Part shown: piece after piece, positions 47,748 to 59,321 of the stretch
Layout of the letters: every line of letters starts with the position of its first letter
Numbering within the stretch: the first letter of the stretch is position 1
The notes under the pieces: model-generated
Database searches by the model: none
What the model was told of the DNA's origin: nothing
What the model saw: only the letters and a program-made list of their open reading frames with translations
Position numbers and translations under genes: made by a program
Assembly: GCA_041690595.1 (NCBI GenBank)
Contig: JAWLHB010000046.1
Coordinates: 1 to 64,000 of the forward strand
Reading direction: 5' to 3'
Origin: Lentisphaeria bacterium
GTDB taxonomy: Bacteria > Verrucomicrobiota > Lentisphaeria > JABSQK01 > JAWLHB01
Length of the DNA stretch: 64,000 bases

Positions 47748-49490
47748 ATGCGTAGCCTCAGTTCCCTGGTTATTTTCTCTCTCCTCCTTCTCTCTGCTGT
47801 CGCGATCCATGCTCAGGAAGAGAGCTTGCCGCTTCAGAAGAGCGCGGTCGATAACAGCTTTAAGGAGACCGCCGCTTATCTGGATGCCGGCGGCGAACTC
47901 TTTGTCTACCTCTCTACCGAAAGGGCCATAGCGGAAGCAAAGAAGCAGTTCGACAAGTTGGCTGCCCAATCCGGCAACACGCATCCAATGAGGATGGTGG
48001 CAGTGATCAGCGGCGGCATGAAGCCATTCCTCCAGCGCCTTGGCGTCTTCGATATGTCCGGTCTGGGCATCAGCTCCATTCGCACCACCGACCAGCTCAG
48101 CCGCAACCGCATGATGATATACGGCGCCGGCGCCGAGGGGGCAATGTGGAAGCTGCTGGGTACACCTGGCCAGGGGCTTGCCGCCACGGCTACCCTGCCC
48201 GCCTACGTCGACATCGCTTTCGCCTCCCGGCTCGATGGCCAACTGCTGGCCGATACCCTCGTTGCTGCCGCTGCCGACGCCATGCCGCAGGCCGCCGACC
48301 AGATCCAGCACAGCAAGGCCATGCTCAAGCAGCACATGGGCATCGATATCGATCAGCTTCTGCGGGATTTCGGCAATGAACTTGCCCTGGCGGTTGCCTT
48401 CGATCAGGAGACCATGGTCGAAGCCAACGTGCAGGGCGTCACCGTGAAGCTCCCGAAGCCCGACTTTATTCTCATGGTGCAGACCAACGGCACCTACATT
48501 TATGATCTCCTGGCAGGCAAGATCTGGAACCAGAAGTTTCAGGCTCAGGCCCGTCCTCTCGGCGACACGCAAATGCTGGTGGCCAGTGAAGAACTCAACG
48601 CCGGTGAACTGGCCATCCGCCCGGCGCTCGCCCAGGTCGGCAGCCTCATGCTTATCGGCAGCTCCCCCGAGACGCTGGAGAAGCACCTGGCGGCGGAATC
48701 CCGCCTGATCGACTCCGACGCCTTCAAGAGCTACGGCGCAAACTTGCCCGACGGCGCCAACCAGCTCGTCTATATCGGCCCGCGCGTCGCCGACATGGTC
48801 ACTCGGCTTCAGGCGCAGGTGCCGGTGTTGGAAACGATGTCGCTGAACGTCCCCATCGGCCTCGGCGTCACCACCGTCGAAAAGGACGGCATCCTCTTCA
48901 CCTCCAACTCTCCCGCCGGTCCGTCATTCCTTGCCGTCCAGGCCGCGGCCCTGCCCCTCACCGTCTTTGCACCCGCCATCCTGCCAAAACTCTTCCAGGT
49001 TCGTCGTCAAGCTCGACATAAGGCTTCCATCAGCAATCTCAGACAAGTCGGTTTGGGCTGTATTTTGTATGCAGACGATCATGATGGGCGTTTCCCGACG
49101 CAAGTCGGCTACCTCGGCCTCAACATGCTTGTCGAGCAGAAATATCTTCAGGATGGTAAAGTCTTTATCCATCCCAATGATGTTGCGCGGCAGCACGGCA
49201 ATGGGCTTCTGCCCCGTGAATCGGCCACCTCCTATGCCTATGTCGGAGCCGGGCTGAAGATCAGCAACACCACACTCCCAACAACCCCTATTGCCCTTCT
49301 GAAGCCGGCCCTTGATGAGGGCGGTACCCTTGTCCTCTTCATGGATGGCCATGTCGAGCGTCGCCCGGATCGGGCCGATACCGTCGCCAGCACCATCGAA
49401 GCCCTCCACCAGCACTTCAAGTGGCCGGACGCGGACTATCAGTTGCTCCTCGAAAACGCCCGCCAGATCGACGCCGCGGAAGCCCAATAG
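47748..49490 (+). CDS. Tandem paralog of 45981..47723, copy 2
   Basis: Same length (580 aa), offset 1767 bp; core nearly identical, signal peptide and head diverged. Confidence 0.85.
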   Translation: MRSLSSLVIFSLLLLSAVAIHAQEESLPLQKSAVDNSFKETAAYLDAGGELFVYLSTERAIAEAKKQFDKLAAQSGNTHPMRMVAVISGGMKPFLQRLGVFDMSGLGISSIRTTDQLSRNRMMIYGAGAEGAMWKLLGTPGQGLAATATLPAYVDIAFASRLDGQLLADTLVAAAADAMPQAADQIQHSKAMLKQHMGIDIDQLLRDFGNELALAVAFDQETMVEANVQGVTVKLPKPDFILMVQTNGTYIYDLLAGKIWNQKFQAQARPLGDTQMLVASEELNAGELAIRPALAQVGSLMLIGSSPETLEKHLAAESRLIDSDAFKSYGANLPDGANQLVYIGPRVADMVTRLQAQVPVLETMSLNVPIGLGVTTVEKDGILFTSNSPAGPSFLAVQAAALPLTVFAPAILPKLFQVRRQARHKASISNLRQVGLGCILYADDHDGRFPTQVGYLGLNMLVEQKYLQDGKVFIHPNDVARQHGNGLLPRESATSYAYVGAGLKISNTTLPTTPIALLKPALDEGGTLVLFMDGHVERRPDRADTVASTIEALHQHFKWPDADYQLLLENARQIDAAEAQ

Positions 49491-49501
49491 GAATTCTCCT
49501 G

Positions 49502-49873
49502 ATGAGCAGGACCACCCAGCCAATTTCGCATCATCGCTTCACGATGCTGGAATTGCTCTGGGCCATGATGGTCCTTGGCATCCTCACCACTGCCTTTGTC
49601 GGTCAGTATAGCATGCTGCGCCAGATGCAGACCAGCTTCATCCAGGGGAACCGCTGCCTGATTGTCATGGACAACACGCTCGAGCGCCTCGCCCTCGAAG
49701 AGTCCATAACCCAAGAGCGCGCCGACCAGCTCCTCGCCGATGAATTCGCCCTGGCGGAGATACCCGGCAAAGGCAATCTGCGCACCCGCTGCGAGTGGCG
49801 CGACGAGCGCCTGGTACTCGCCATCGACAAGCCGAACGGCCACCCTGTTGTGCAGGTGCCCCTCTCACCATGA
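49502..49873 (+). CDS. Prepilin/minor pseudopilin-like protein
   Basis: HHRFTMLELLWAMMVLGIL class III-like signal with E5. Confidence 0.75.
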   Translation: MSRTTQPISHHRFTMLELLWAMMVLGILTTAFVGQYSMLRQMQTSFIQGNRCLIVMDNTLERLALEESITQERADQLLADEFALAEIPGKGNLRTRCEWRDERLVLAIDKPNGHPVVQVPLSP

Positions 49874-50316
49874 CATGCCGACACTATACCCTGATCGAGG
49901 CCATGGCGGTCTGCAGTGTGCTCCTTATCGTGCTGACCGGCGCAGGCAGGCTCATGTACGATGCCTCCTTGGCCAACCGTCAGTTCACCGACCATGCCTG
50001 GTCCCACCAGCAGCTCTTTCTCCTCCAGCGGGACTGGCAGGAGTTCATCCGCGAGAGCGACCCCGCCGCCTGGTGGATCGTCGAAGATACCTTCCTCGCG
50101 AAAGGCCGAAGCGCGGAGCTGACGGACGGCAAGCTTGCCTTCGAGCTTGCATCCAGAACCACGGTGCGCCGCGTGCCGCCCGGATGCGAGATCCAATTCG
50201 CCATCGAAGAGGGCCGAGTGGCAGTGCTCAACCTGGCGTGGCCGGCGAGACTGGGGAATCGCGATCAGGCTCAGCGGGTGCGGCTGGTCGCGGCAGCCAT
50301 CGAGGTGCAACCATGA
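49870..50316 (+). CDS. Prepilin/minor pseudopilin-like protein
   Basis: RHYTLIEAMAVCSVLLIVL; ATGA overlap with the upstream gene. Confidence 0.75.
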   Translation: MTCRHYTLIEAMAVCSVLLIVLTGAGRLMYDASLANRQFTDHAWSHQQLFLLQRDWQEFIRESDPAAWWIVEDTFLAKGRSAELTDGKLAFELASRTTVRRVPPGCEIQFAIEEGRVAVLNLAWPARLGNRDQAQRVRLVAAAIEVQP

Positions 50317-50513
50317 GCCGCGCATCATCATCCCGTGGCGTGGCCCTGCTCTTTGTCATCATCCTCTCCTCTGTCTTCTTTCTCCTCCTGGCCACCGCCG
50401 TCACCACCCACTACGCCATGCGCCGCCAGAACCAGTTGCAGCAGGAGCGGCTCCTGGAGAAAGTCGAACGCCTGGGGCTCAAAGCGGCTCGCGAACCGGA
50501 GGTTGTGCCATGA
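50313..50513 (+). CDS. Short GspK/PilX-like pseudopilin
   Basis: SSRGVALLFVIILSSVFFLLL (G-cleavage site, no E5); ATGA overlaps on both sides. Confidence 0.7.
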   Translation: MSRASSSRGVALLFVIILSSVFFLLLATAVTTHYAMRRQNQLQQERLLEKVERLGLKAAREPEVVP

Positions 50514-51613
50514 CCTGGCGCCGGGAAATCCTGGAGCTGACCCGGACGCTGGCATGGGCAAGCCGCTACAACCTGCCATTGGGCGAAGCCGTTTCCGCGT
50601 ATGCCTCCAATCGTCGCGATCTCCTCAGCTTGGACGCGGTTTACGGAGGCGGAGGGCTCTTGCGTCGCCTTGGCCGGGCCCGGCTGAATCTGGCGCTGCG
50701 CAGGCTGAGCAGGGATCTGCAGGCAGGAATCCCATTATGGCAGGCGCTGCACCACAGCCTGCGGCATTGGCTGCCGGATTATTATGTCCCGGTGATTCAG
50801 ACAGCGGAAGAGGCCGATGCCCTGCCGGAGGTCCTGCATACGCTCCAGCTGCGTCTCGCCATGCGCGAACTCTCCCCCTTCACGCGCGGCGGCTATTCGA
50901 CCATGGTCTTCTACGGGGTGATCATGCTCACGATCATCTCCGGGTTGATTGTCATCATCGTACCCAAGCTCGCCATGATGTACCGCGAAATGGCAGCCGG
51001 CGAACCCCTGCCGCTCGTGAGCCGGCTGGTCTTCGAATCGGGTGGCCATGCCACCCTGCAACTGCTGCTGATGCTGGGCCTGCTGGTGGTACTCCTGCGC
51101 ATGGTGGTGGCACTGGTGCGCGGAAGCCGCTTTCTGCGCTTCGCCGCGGAAGGTCCTCTGCTGCTGATACCCGGAGTCGGCCGCATGATTCGCCTGGCGC
51201 GACTCGAAGAGGTTGCGCAGGGGATGGCCTGCTTCCTCTCACTTGGCTACGATGTGCGTGAAGCCGCGGATTGGGTGCGGAACTCAGCGGGAAGTCCATA
51301 CATCCGTCGCGGGCTCAAGCAGTTCAGCAGTCGCATCGAGCAGGGCGAGTGGTGGCCGGTAGCCTGGCGGAAGGCCCGGCTGGGCAATTCGCTGGACTGC
51401 TGGGTGGTCACCAACAGTGCCATGCGCGAGGATCCCGCCAGCGGCTTTGCCGACATGCAGGAGCTGGTTGCCAATCGCCAGTTGCTGACCGGCGCCCTCG
51501 TGCGTGAGCTTGTCCCCATCCTGATCACCCTGATGTACGCGATGGTCGCGGCCACCATGATCTTTGCCATTTTCATGCCCTTGTTCAAACTGATCTCAAT
51601 GGCGGCGGACTGA
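50510..51613 (+). CDS. Type II secretion system F family (GspF/PilC-like) protein
   Basis: LSRDLQAGIPLWQAL..IQTAEE..IIVPKLAMMY..PLPL..IFAIFMPLFKL. Confidence 0.8.
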   Translation: MTWRREILELTRTLAWASRYNLPLGEAVSAYASNRRDLLSLDAVYGGGGLLRRLGRARLNLALRRLSRDLQAGIPLWQALHHSLRHWLPDYYVPVIQTAEEADALPEVLHTLQLRLAMRELSPFTRGGYSTMVFYGVIMLTIISGLIVIIVPKLAMMYREMAAGEPLPLVSRLVFESGGHATLQLLLMLGLLVVLLRMVVALVRGSRFLRFAAEGPLLLIPGVGRMIRLARLEEVAQGMACFLSLGYDVREAADWVRNSAGSPYIRRGLKQFSSRIEQGEWWPVAWRKARLGNSLDCWVVTNSAMREDPASGFADMQELVANRQLLTGALVRELVPILITLMYAMVAATMIFAIFMPLFKLISMAAD

Positions 51614-51618
51614 AGACG

Positions 51619-52659
51619 ATGAAATCACGGGAAACGATCCTCTTCTTCGATCAATTGAGCATGCTCGTGCGCACGGGGCTCCCCTTGCCCGAGGGCATTA
51701 TGGAACTGGCCCAAACCATGAAGCATCCAAGCTCGCGTTACGCGTTGAACCGGTTGGGGGCGGAGATGGCGGGTGGAACCTCCCTGACCGAGGCACTGAA
51801 GCACCAGCCTGCCCATTTCTCCCCCATGCAGACGGATCTGATCGCCGTCGGCGAACAGACCGGCATGCTCACCGAAGTTCTGCACGAGCTGGCGCGCCAT
51901 GGGCGGCAGGAACTGGCGCTCCTCGAGTCACTGCGCAGAGACCTGATCTATCCCTTCGTCACCCTCTACCTGGGATGGCTCATCTTCAGCGGCCTCCTGA
52001 TCTTCGTCCTGCCTGATTTCGCGCGCATGTTCGACGAGATGTTGGCGGGGGAGCCGCTGCCACCCTTAACGAATCTGGTCATCGCGATCATGCATCTGGC
52101 GCGGACTCTCTTACCTCTCGTCCTGTTCAGCTATCTCGCGCTTCCCCTGCTTGGCATCTGGCTGATCTCCGGCCGCCTTCAGGCCGACAGGGCGATGATA
52201 AAGCTGATTCGTCTCGTGCCCGGCTTCCATCACCTTCTGGTCCTGAACGATCTCGCCCGCTTCTCCGGTCTGCTCGGCGTCTACCTGCGCTATCGAACGA
52301 CCCTCGAATCCGCCCTTCGGCAGATCTCGCGCATCCTCCAGACCCGCCACTTAGGCATCCGTGTGGAGCGCTGGCACAAGCAGGTCAATGCCGGGACAAC
52401 CTTTGCCCAAGCCGTCTCCCGGGAGCGCTCGCTCGATCCGATGCTCGCGCTGATCATTCGCCACTCGCCCGAGGAGGAGTTGCCCGATGCCCTCACCGAT
52501 CTTTCCGGCGTCTATGCGCAACAGGCCGATGTGTACCGCCAGAGCTTCAGCAGTGGATTGTGTATCTTGTTGATGCTCTTCACTGGCCTGGTCGTCGGCT
52601 TGATGGTGCTTGCCATGTTCATGCCCCTCATCAAGCTGATCGACACCCTCGTCGACTGA
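51619..52659 (+). CDS. Type II secretion system F family (GspF/PilC-like) protein
   Basis: QLSMLVRTGLPL..GTSLTEAL..AVGEQTGML..LIYP..VLAMFMPLIKL. Confidence 0.88.
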   Translation: MKSRETILFFDQLSMLVRTGLPLPEGIMELAQTMKHPSSRYALNRLGAEMAGGTSLTEALKHQPAHFSPMQTDLIAVGEQTGMLTEVLHELARHGRQELALLESLRRDLIYPFVTLYLGWLIFSGLLIFVLPDFARMFDEMLAGEPLPPLTNLVIAIMHLARTLLPLVLFSYLALPLLGIWLISGRLQADRAMIKLIRLVPGFHHLLVLNDLARFSGLLGVYLRYRTTLESALRQISRILQTRHLGIRVERWHKQVNAGTTFAQAVSRERSLDPMLALIIRHSPEEELPDALTDLSGVYAQQADVYRQSFSSGLCILLMLFTGLVVGLMVLAMFMPLIKLIDTLVD

Positions 52660-52800
52660 TCGGCTGCCGCCGTGATGCGCCTGCTCAGCCGGCGGAGCAA
52701 TCCGCGCACATCCGCTCGACAAAGTGGCTCGCATCGGCCATGGTAACGGGCGTGTCGATGCATGGGCAGAAGCTTGTGAACAACGAATGGGAAGGAAGCG

Positions 52801-54276
52801 ATGATCAGCAACTACAAGGTGCGGTACGAAGGACGCCGGTGGGAGATTCTCCATGGCGAGTACGCGGGCATCGAAGCCTTTGCCCTCGATGAACTGCAGC
52901 GCGAAGTGCAGCGACATCTGCCCTATGTCGTGGCCACGCGTCCCGCCAACGGGGCGGACGAGACGACCCATCGCATCATCATCGGCACCCCAGAGTCCAA
53001 CCCGCTGATTGCCCGACTTGTCGACGCCGGCGGGATCGCCATTCCCGAGGCGGCCGAAGGCTATGCCCTGCGGGCGGGACTCGACGAAGTGGGAACCGAA
53101 CGACGCCATCTGGTACTCGCCGGTCGCGACCCCAAGGGCGTGCTCAACGCGGTGATGGAATGGTGCAGCCGCTACAATCGCCTGACCCATCCCATCTTCG
53201 ACCGCCCGCACGATCGGCGCCAGGCTTTCGATGCCATGCCCGAGATGCAGCTCCAGGAAGCGCCCGCCATTGCCCGCCGCGGCATCTGGACCTGGGGCTA
53301 CGTCATCTACGACTATCGCGCCTTTCTCGACGCCATGGCCCGCCTCCGCTTCAATGCCCTGACCATCTGGAACGACTGCCCGCCGATCAACTTCGCGACC
53401 GTCATCGACGCGGCGCATGCCCGCGGCATCGAGGTGATCGCCGGCTTTCACTGGGGGTGGGGAATGACCGGCCTCGATCTCACTCGTCAAGCCGACCGCG
53501 ACGCTATCCGCCGCGACGTCGTCGACCGGTATCTCCGCGACTATCGCCACGCCGATCTCGACGGCATCTACTTTCAGACGCTGACCGAGCACGATACGCA
53601 GATCATGAACGATGGCCGCAGCACGGCCGCCGTCTGCACGGAGCTGGTGAACGAGATCGCCACCGAACTCCTCGCGCTCGATCCCGGGCTGCGCATCGAG
53701 TGGGGCCTCCACGCCACCAGCATCACGCAGCATCTCGATGACCTGCGAGCACTGCGCGACGAGGTCATCATCACCTGGGAAGACGCCGGCGCCCTTCCAT
53801 GGAGCTACGACCCAATCCTCGATCAACCCGCGCCCCCCGCCAAAGCGGGCAGCACCGTCGCCGAAACGCTCGCTCTCTCCCAACAGCTCATGCGCCTGCG
53901 CCCAGGAAGCGAGTTTGCCATGGTCCCGAAGGGCTGGACGTGCCTCTCCTGGGGCACTGAATTCGAAAATCACGGCCCCTTCATCCTCGGTGAACGCGAT
54001 CGCGAGTGGATTGCCCATCGCGCCGCCGAGCGCCGAACCCGCTGGGGATGGGTCGATCGCGCCTGGCTCCGCGATTTCAGCCAGGCCCTTGAGTTCTACC
54101 GCGCGCTTCTGGCCGAGAAGCCGACCGTCGCCACCGTCACCGCCCTGATCGAAGACGGCGTCATCGAGGCCGGCGTGCCCGTCAGCGTTCGCCTGCTGGC
54201 CGAAAGCCTGTGGAATCCGCGGCGTCCCGACGCCGAGATCCTCAACGCCGCCATGAGCCCATGGTGGGACCGTTAA
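52801..54276 (+). CDS. Hypothetical glycoside-hydrolase-like protein (GH20/GH67-type N-terminal domain plus probable TIM barrel)
   Basis: IIIGT..EGYAL..VLAGRDPKGVLNA..P....RGIWTWG..MARLRFNAL. Confidence 0.65.
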   Translation: MISNYKVRYEGRRWEILHGEYAGIEAFALDELQREVQRHLPYVVATRPANGADETTHRIIIGTPESNPLIARLVDAGGIAIPEAAEGYALRAGLDEVGTERRHLVLAGRDPKGVLNAVMEWCSRYNRLTHPIFDRPHDRRQAFDAMPEMQLQEAPAIARRGIWTWGYVIYDYRAFLDAMARLRFNALTIWNDCPPINFATVIDAAHARGIEVIAGFHWGWGMTGLDLTRQADRDAIRRDVVDRYLRDYRHADLDGIYFQTLTEHDTQIMNDGRSTAAVCTELVNEIATELLALDPGLRIEWGLHATSITQHLDDLRALRDEVIITWEDAGALPWSYDPILDQPAPPAKAGSTVAETLALSQQLMRLRPGSEFAMVPKGWTCLSWGTEFENHGPFILGERDREWIAHRAAERRTRWGWVDRAWLRDFSQALEFYRALLAEKPTVATVTALIEDGVIEAGVPVSVRLLAESLWNPRRPDAEILNAAMSPWWDR

Positions 54277-54382
54277 CCTCCGCGCTTGGGAAGTTTCCCC
54301 TGCGCTTGATCCTTACCACGTGATAGTCTATATGTAGCTACGGCATGAATCATACTGATACAGCAAGCAAGGAAGATCGCCA

Positions 54383-57300
54383 ATGATGACGCGACGCCCC
54401 TCCCTTTTCGTCCACCTCTTCTCCCTGCTCCTTCTCCTCGGGCTGTCCCGCGCTCAAGAGCCGACGGTGCCACCGGAGGCGGAAGCAGTCGCCAACGCGG
54501 CGAAGGTCGTCCTGCAGCCCTCACCGTCCGAGTGGGAATACGCGAGCAGTCGCCAAGGCGTACCGCTTCTCGTGGAACGCGAGATCGATGGTCTGCCCGC
54601 CCTCTCCGCCCGTCGCAATTCCACCGCCTTGGTCAGCACCGGCAGCCATGGACCGGGCGAGGAACTCACTGTCCGCTTCTACATTCGTCCGCCGGCGAAA
54701 CAGCACACCTACTTCACGCTCAGCACGGGCCTCGAAAGCCCCGACGCCAAGGATCGCCTCAAGTTCGGTCTCTCCGCCCGGAATGGCGAAAGCCGGATCA
54801 GCATGTCCCTGACCCTTCCGGAGATGCCGCCCAAGCGCTGGACCTACAGCCTCGACGGTATCGGGCAGCGCAAGCTGGCCTGGAAGGACGAGTTCCGCCG
54901 CCGCATCGAAGCCTATCAGGCCGACCTGCCCGATGTCGAAGCTACCCACTGGACACTGCGCGTGCAAGTGGGGGCCGACCGCCTTCGCGTTTATCTCAAT
55001 GACCGCCTGATTGGCGATGAAACCGTCGCTGCCGAGTTTCTGACCGGCCACGTCCGTGTCGCGATCAGTGAAGCGTTCGCCCTGACCCGGCTCGAGGCCC
55101 AGCCCCTTCCCGAGGCTATCCCCGGCTTCGAGCTTCTGCCCCTCGGCAACGATGTGAATGCCGCCGAGATTCTCGGTACCCGCCTCGCCCCGACCGCGCT
55201 GGATGGCCCTGAGAAGCAGCTCACCGTGGACGGCATCCCCTTCCTGCGACCCGCCCCTAGCGCAAAGGGGCATGACCATATCGATCTCGGCGCAAGCTGG
55301 CTTCCCGCCGGCCAGCTGACGGGCAGCATGTCGTCACGAACCGCCGACATCACGGGCCGCTGGGCCGGCGCCATGTTCGAGATCCCCATGCGTATCCAGC
55401 TCAAGATCCCGGCCGGCCGCTATCGCGCCATCCACCTCCTCGCCGCAGCTGACGGCGAGGCGAACAGCGTTCCCCTGGTGACCGCTCAATTCTACCGTGC
55501 CCAGCGCGGCTTCCCCAAGAGCTTCGCCACCGTTGAACCCGTGCCGGAGTTCCTCTCGGGCACAGGCGAGGGGCTGACCGTGCCGACGGCAGACGGGCGC
55601 CTGGGCAAACTCTACCGGATCACGATCCCGGTCGATCCAGGCGAGCTGGATGCCTTCGACGGCATGGGGGACATGGAACTCGAACTGACCAAGGAGATCA
55701 AGCTCTTTCGCGCCTATCCCGATCCTGTCTACTACAGCTATCATGGCGCCGGACTCCCCAGCAGCGTGCGCCTCTTTGCCGTGACGCTCGAACGGCCGCG
55801 GGTCGAACTGAAGCTTACCCCCGGCGAATTTGCCGACTCCTTCGTCGCCCCCTTGAAGCCCGTCTACCAAGTCGACTTGCGCAACACCACCGGCCAGCCG
55901 CGCGACGTCACCCTCACGGTGACCACCGCCAGTTACTACGCCCGTCAGCCTACCGAACAGACAGAGCGGGTCCAGCTCCCGCCGAATGGCTCCACGACCA
56001 TCACCATCAACCTCGATCCCCCAACTTATGGCTATCATGACGTCGCCTTTACGCTGCAGGACGAAGATCAGCAGTGGAACGAGCAGCGCGGCCTGGTCTG
56101 GCTGCGCGAGGACAGCCGCGAGCGTGGCGACTGGGAGCACGGTCGCGGCCCAATCTTCGGTTTTTGGAACTGGAACGGCGGACATGAGACGCCACCCGGC
56201 GCCGAGCAGGTCGCCTTCATGGGCAAAGCCGGCGCTGAAACCAGCAGCGGCTCCTTTGAGGGCAAGAATATCCCCGACGAGACGCGCGAAGCCGCCCGCA
56301 AGTACAAGATGGCGACCTTCAAGGCTTTCGGTGCCGGCGATCACTACATCACCAGTGACTTTGCCAAGAACCTGCAGAAGGACGGCCTCGAATCCGCCAC
56401 CGAGGCTTTCCTGAAACGCCTTGGCGAGCAGGCCGTGCCCGCCAACGACGTGAGCCGTCCCGTGCTCTGTTCCTTCTTCCCGGAACCGCACATCGGACCC
56501 ATTTCGTATGCCATTCCGCCGGAATACTACAACGAGGAGCCATGGGAACTGACCGCCGCCGAAGAAGAGAAGTATCAATTCTTCCTGAATGGCCTGGTCG
56601 AGGGGGCGAAGATCCTGAAGGCGCACTATCCTCAGGTCAAGGCGATGTTCCCGCATGGTGACCCACTCTTCCCGCTCATCTTCGTCCAGCGCAGCGCCGA
56701 AGCGCGCGAAGTCTTCGATGGCATCGCCGTCGATATCCCGGTTTTCGAACGTCTGCCGGAACAGCAGATGCACCAGGTCTCGCTGCATCGCATGTACATC
56801 AGTCGGCTGGGATTGGATAAGGCAGGCGTCACCAATCCGATTCTCGCCATGTATGAAGGGCCCAGCCGCTCCGCCTACTATGGGGCCCTCTCCGATCGCG
56901 AACTGGCGGACTACTCCGTCCGCGATTCGCTGCTCCTCTATGTCTACGGCGTCGATATCCAGACCGGCGGCTGGGCACCTTTCGAATCCGCCAGTTACTG
57001 GGGCGAGCAGCACTATGGCGGCGGCATCGCCCATCGCCGTCCCCGCGCCACCCCGCGACCCGCCTATGCCGCCTTCGCCTCCATGACGCGCCACCTCAAC
57101 CGCCGCAATTTCACTCGCTGGCTGCCGACCGGCTCTCTCTCACTCTTCGCGCTCGAGTTCAGCCACTACCTCAGCGGCGAGAAGATGCACACCTTCTGGA
57201 CGCTGCGGGGCGAACGCCCGGTGCAGCTTGCCGTGCCGGCCAACGCCAACCTGCGCGCCTTCGATCTCATGGATAACGAGATCCCCCTGAACGTAGCCAA

Positions 57301-58477
57301 TGGCACCGTCACCCTGCCGGTGACCACCTCGCCCTGCTGGGTCTACGGCCTGACCGGCGACGAGGCGATCACCCTTGGCGAGCCGCTCCACAACGATGCC
57401 ACCCCGAGCGATACGGCCTCCAAGGTGGCCAGTCTCGGTGATGGCACCTGGCAGCAAAACACAGAACGCGACCAGGATTACGAACAGAGCCACGAACTCT
57501 TTGTCCGCCGCTATCCCGGCAGCTTCACCAGCGCCATAACCCGTGCGCCCCAGCAGGTCGGCGGCGAAGCAATGGCCGTTAACATGGCCCCGGAGCAATC
57601 CCCCGCGCAGAAGCTCATGCCTTACTACACCTCCTTCGTCCCCCCGCAACCTGTGGAGCTACCCGGCAAGGGCAGTCATCTCGGCATGTGGGTCCGCGGC
57701 ACAAGCGACTTCGGCCGTGTCGTCTATGCCCTGCGCGACAGCAAGGGCGAGCGCTGGTTGAGCGTCGGCACCAAGGGTGCGTGGAACTGCGACGACATCC
57801 ACAACTGGAGCGTCTTCTGCTATGACGGGTGGCGCTATCTTCGCTTCGAGCTTCCCGCCAGCAGCGCCTGGGACTCCTTCCGCGAAGCCGGCACCGTCTG
57901 GTGGGGAAGCTACGGCGAAGGCGACGGGATTGTCGATCTGCCGCTGCGACTCGAGAAGATCATCGTCGAGCGGCGCACCCACGCCATGTACGTCAACGAT
58001 CCTCAGCCCGCGAACCTGGAGTCCGTGCTCCTTGGCGATCTCTTCATCGAGTATGCCCGCACCGAGGACGCGCTGCCTGACGTCGTCGAACAATCGCAAC
58101 TCCGCATGCCCGCGCCCGAAGGCATTCCCGACCTGGACAATCCCATCGCCGAGCTGCGTGAAACCGGCCGTGAACCGGCGTTGGAGATCACCCGGATCTC
58201 GGTGCCCGATCAACAGGCCGACGGTACCCAGTGCTTTGTCCACTTCACGACCATCGCGGAAGCCGAATCCTACGATGTCTGGGCAAGCCCCTACGAGGAT
58301 GGACGCGGTGCTCTCGCCCTCGGCAAGAAGTGGACGGAGGACGGCAAGCTCATTCGCGGTCTGCGCCCCGAGACCGACTTCTATCTCTTTGTCGTCTACC
58401 GCGACAAGGAAGGCAACACCTCCAAGCCCTCGGCTCCCTTTCATATCAAGCTGAAAGACCAGTTCGCCATGAAGTGA
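54383..58477 (+). CDS. Large secreted multidomain protein, probably carbohydrate-active
   Basis: Signal peptide, 1364 aa, beta-rich domains, TPRPAYAAF motif resembling GH-A C-terminal ends, FN3-like tail ([15 protein letters not shown]). Confidence 0.7.
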   Translation: MMTRRPSLFVHLFSLLLLLGLSRAQEPTVPPEAEAVANAAKVVLQPSPSEWEYASSRQGVPLLVEREIDGLPALSARRNSTALVSTGSHGPGEELTVRFYIRPPAKQHTYFTLSTGLESPDAKDRLKFGLSARNGESRISMSLTLPEMPPKRWTYSLDGIGQRKLAWKDEFRRRIEAYQADLPDVEATHWTLRVQVGADRLRVYLNDRLIGDETVAAEFLTGHVRVAISEAFALTRLEAQPLPEAIPGFELLPLGNDVNAAEILGTRLAPTALDGPEKQLTVDGIPFLRPAPSAKGHDHIDLGASWLPAGQLTGSMSSRTADITGRWAGAMFEIPMRIQLKIPAGRYRAIHLLAAADGEANSVPLVTAQFYRAQRGFPKSFATVEPVPEFLSGTGEGLTVPTADGRLGKLYRITIPVDPGELDAFDGMGDMELELTKEIKLFRAYPDPVYYSYHGAGLPSSVRLFAVTLERPRVELKLTPGEFADSFVAPLKPVYQVDLRNTTGQPRDVTLTVTTASYYARQPTEQTERVQLPPNGSTTITINLDPPTYGYHDVAFTLQDEDQQWNEQRGLVWLREDSRERGDWEHGRGPIFGFWNWNGGHETPPGAEQVAFMGKAGAETSSGSFEGKNIPDETREAARKYKMATFKAFGAGDHYITSDFAKNLQKDGLESATEAFLKRLGEQAVPANDVSRPVLCSFFPEPHIGPISYAIPPEYYNEEPWELTAAEEEKYQFFLNGLVEGAKILKAHYPQVKAMFPHGDPLFPLIFVQRSAEAREVFDGIAVDIPVFERLPEQQMHQVSLHRMYISRLGLDKAGVTNPILAMYEGPSRSAYYGALSDRELADYSVRDSLLLYVYGVDIQTGGWAPFESASYWGEQHYGGGIAHRRPRATPRPAYAAFASMTRHLNRRNFTRWLPTGSLSLFALEFSHYLSGEKMHTFWTLRGERPVQLAVPANANLRAFDLMDNEIPLNVANGTVTLPVTTSPCWVYGLTGDEAITLGEPLHNDATPSDTASKVASLGDGTWQQNTERDQDYEQSHELFVRRYPGSFTSAITRAPQQVGGEAMAVNMAPEQSPAQKLMPYYTSFVPPQPVELPGKGSHLGMWVRGTSDFGRVVYALRDSKGERWLSVGTKGAWNCDDIHNWSVFCYDGWRYLRFELPASSAWDSFREAGTVWWGSYGEGDGIVDLPLRLEKIIVERRTHAMYVNDPQPANLESVLLGDLFIEYARTEDALPDVVEQSQLRMPAPEGIPDLDNPIAELRETGREPALEITRISVPDQQADGTQCFVHFTTIAEAESYDVWASPYEDGRGALALGKKWTEDGKLIRGLRPETDFYLFVVYRDKEGNTSKPSAPFHIKLKDQFAMK

Positions 58478-58532
58478 CGATCGGTCCAACTTCCGGACGG
58501 AGACGCCGCCCGGTCTACCGGAGAAGCTCGAC

Positions 58533-59294
58533 ATGTTCTCAACATACCCTCGTCGCATCGGCTCACGACCGCTGCCCTTTACGCTGATTGAACTGCTGGT
58601 GGTGGTGGCGATAATCGCCGTGCTCGCTTCGCTCCTGCTTCCGGCGCTTTCGCGCGCCCGCGTCATGGCCCACATGACCAAGTGTCGCAGCAACCTGCGG
58701 CAACTGGGCCTCTCCTACCAGATGTACATCCAGGACTACGGCGACCGTTTCTTTCCCGCCGAGATGGCGCTCCTCAACGATGCCGGCTCGATCAGTGACG
58801 CCCGCAAAGGCACCTGGTTCGGCATGGCCGTTCACCGTACGCTGCTGAGCGACGGCTACATGGAAGGCAGACTCGAGTTCGCGGGAGCTACAGATGCCAG
58901 CAAAATCATCCGGTGCGAAGGCGCCATGCGCTGTCCCTCCGTCACCGACAATCAGCTATACAGCGTGGCACAGTCACCCATCGGCTACAACAGCTACCTT
59001 GGCATGAGCGCCCCCTTCTGGGCGGATCCCACCTACAACTGGCATGGCCAGTGGCCCATCCGCAACCACGGCGGCATTGCCCGCATTCACAATATCGAGA
59101 ACACCGACAAGGTGCCCATCTTCTTCGACAGCATCTACAGCAACCGCCCCCCGCGCAAGCAGTGGCATTTCGGCTCCAACTATGCATCCGTACAGCGCCA
59201 CCCCGGCATCTACGACCTCAACCTCGTCTTCGTCGACGGCCACACCGATGCCTTTGGCGAAGCCCAATGGTATCGCGAAATCACCAGCTTCTGA
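58533..59294 (+). CDS. Prepilin-type N-terminal cleavage/methylation protein with H-X9-DG domain
   Basis: [58 protein letters not shown]. Confidence 0.93.
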   Translation: MFSTYPRRIGSRPLPFTLIELLVVVAIIAVLASLLLPALSRARVMAHMTKCRSNLRQLGLSYQMYIQDYGDRFFPAEMALLNDAGSISDARKGTWFGMAVHRTLLSDGYMEGRLEFAGATDASKIIRCEGAMRCPSVTDNQLYSVAQSPIGYNSYLGMSAPFWADPTYNWHGQWPIRNHGGIARIHNIENTDKVPIFFDSIYSNRPPRKQWHFGSNYASVQRHPGIYDLNLVFVDGHTDAFGEAQWYREITSF

Positions 59295-59321
59295 TCTGCA
59301 ACACTCGACCCACGGAGTACC

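Noticed and set aside
36340..49490. Diversity-generating retroelement (Avd-like gene plus paralogs with variable C-termini)
   Set aside because: No reverse transcriptase and no TR/VR pair with adenine-specific mismatches seen in the window.
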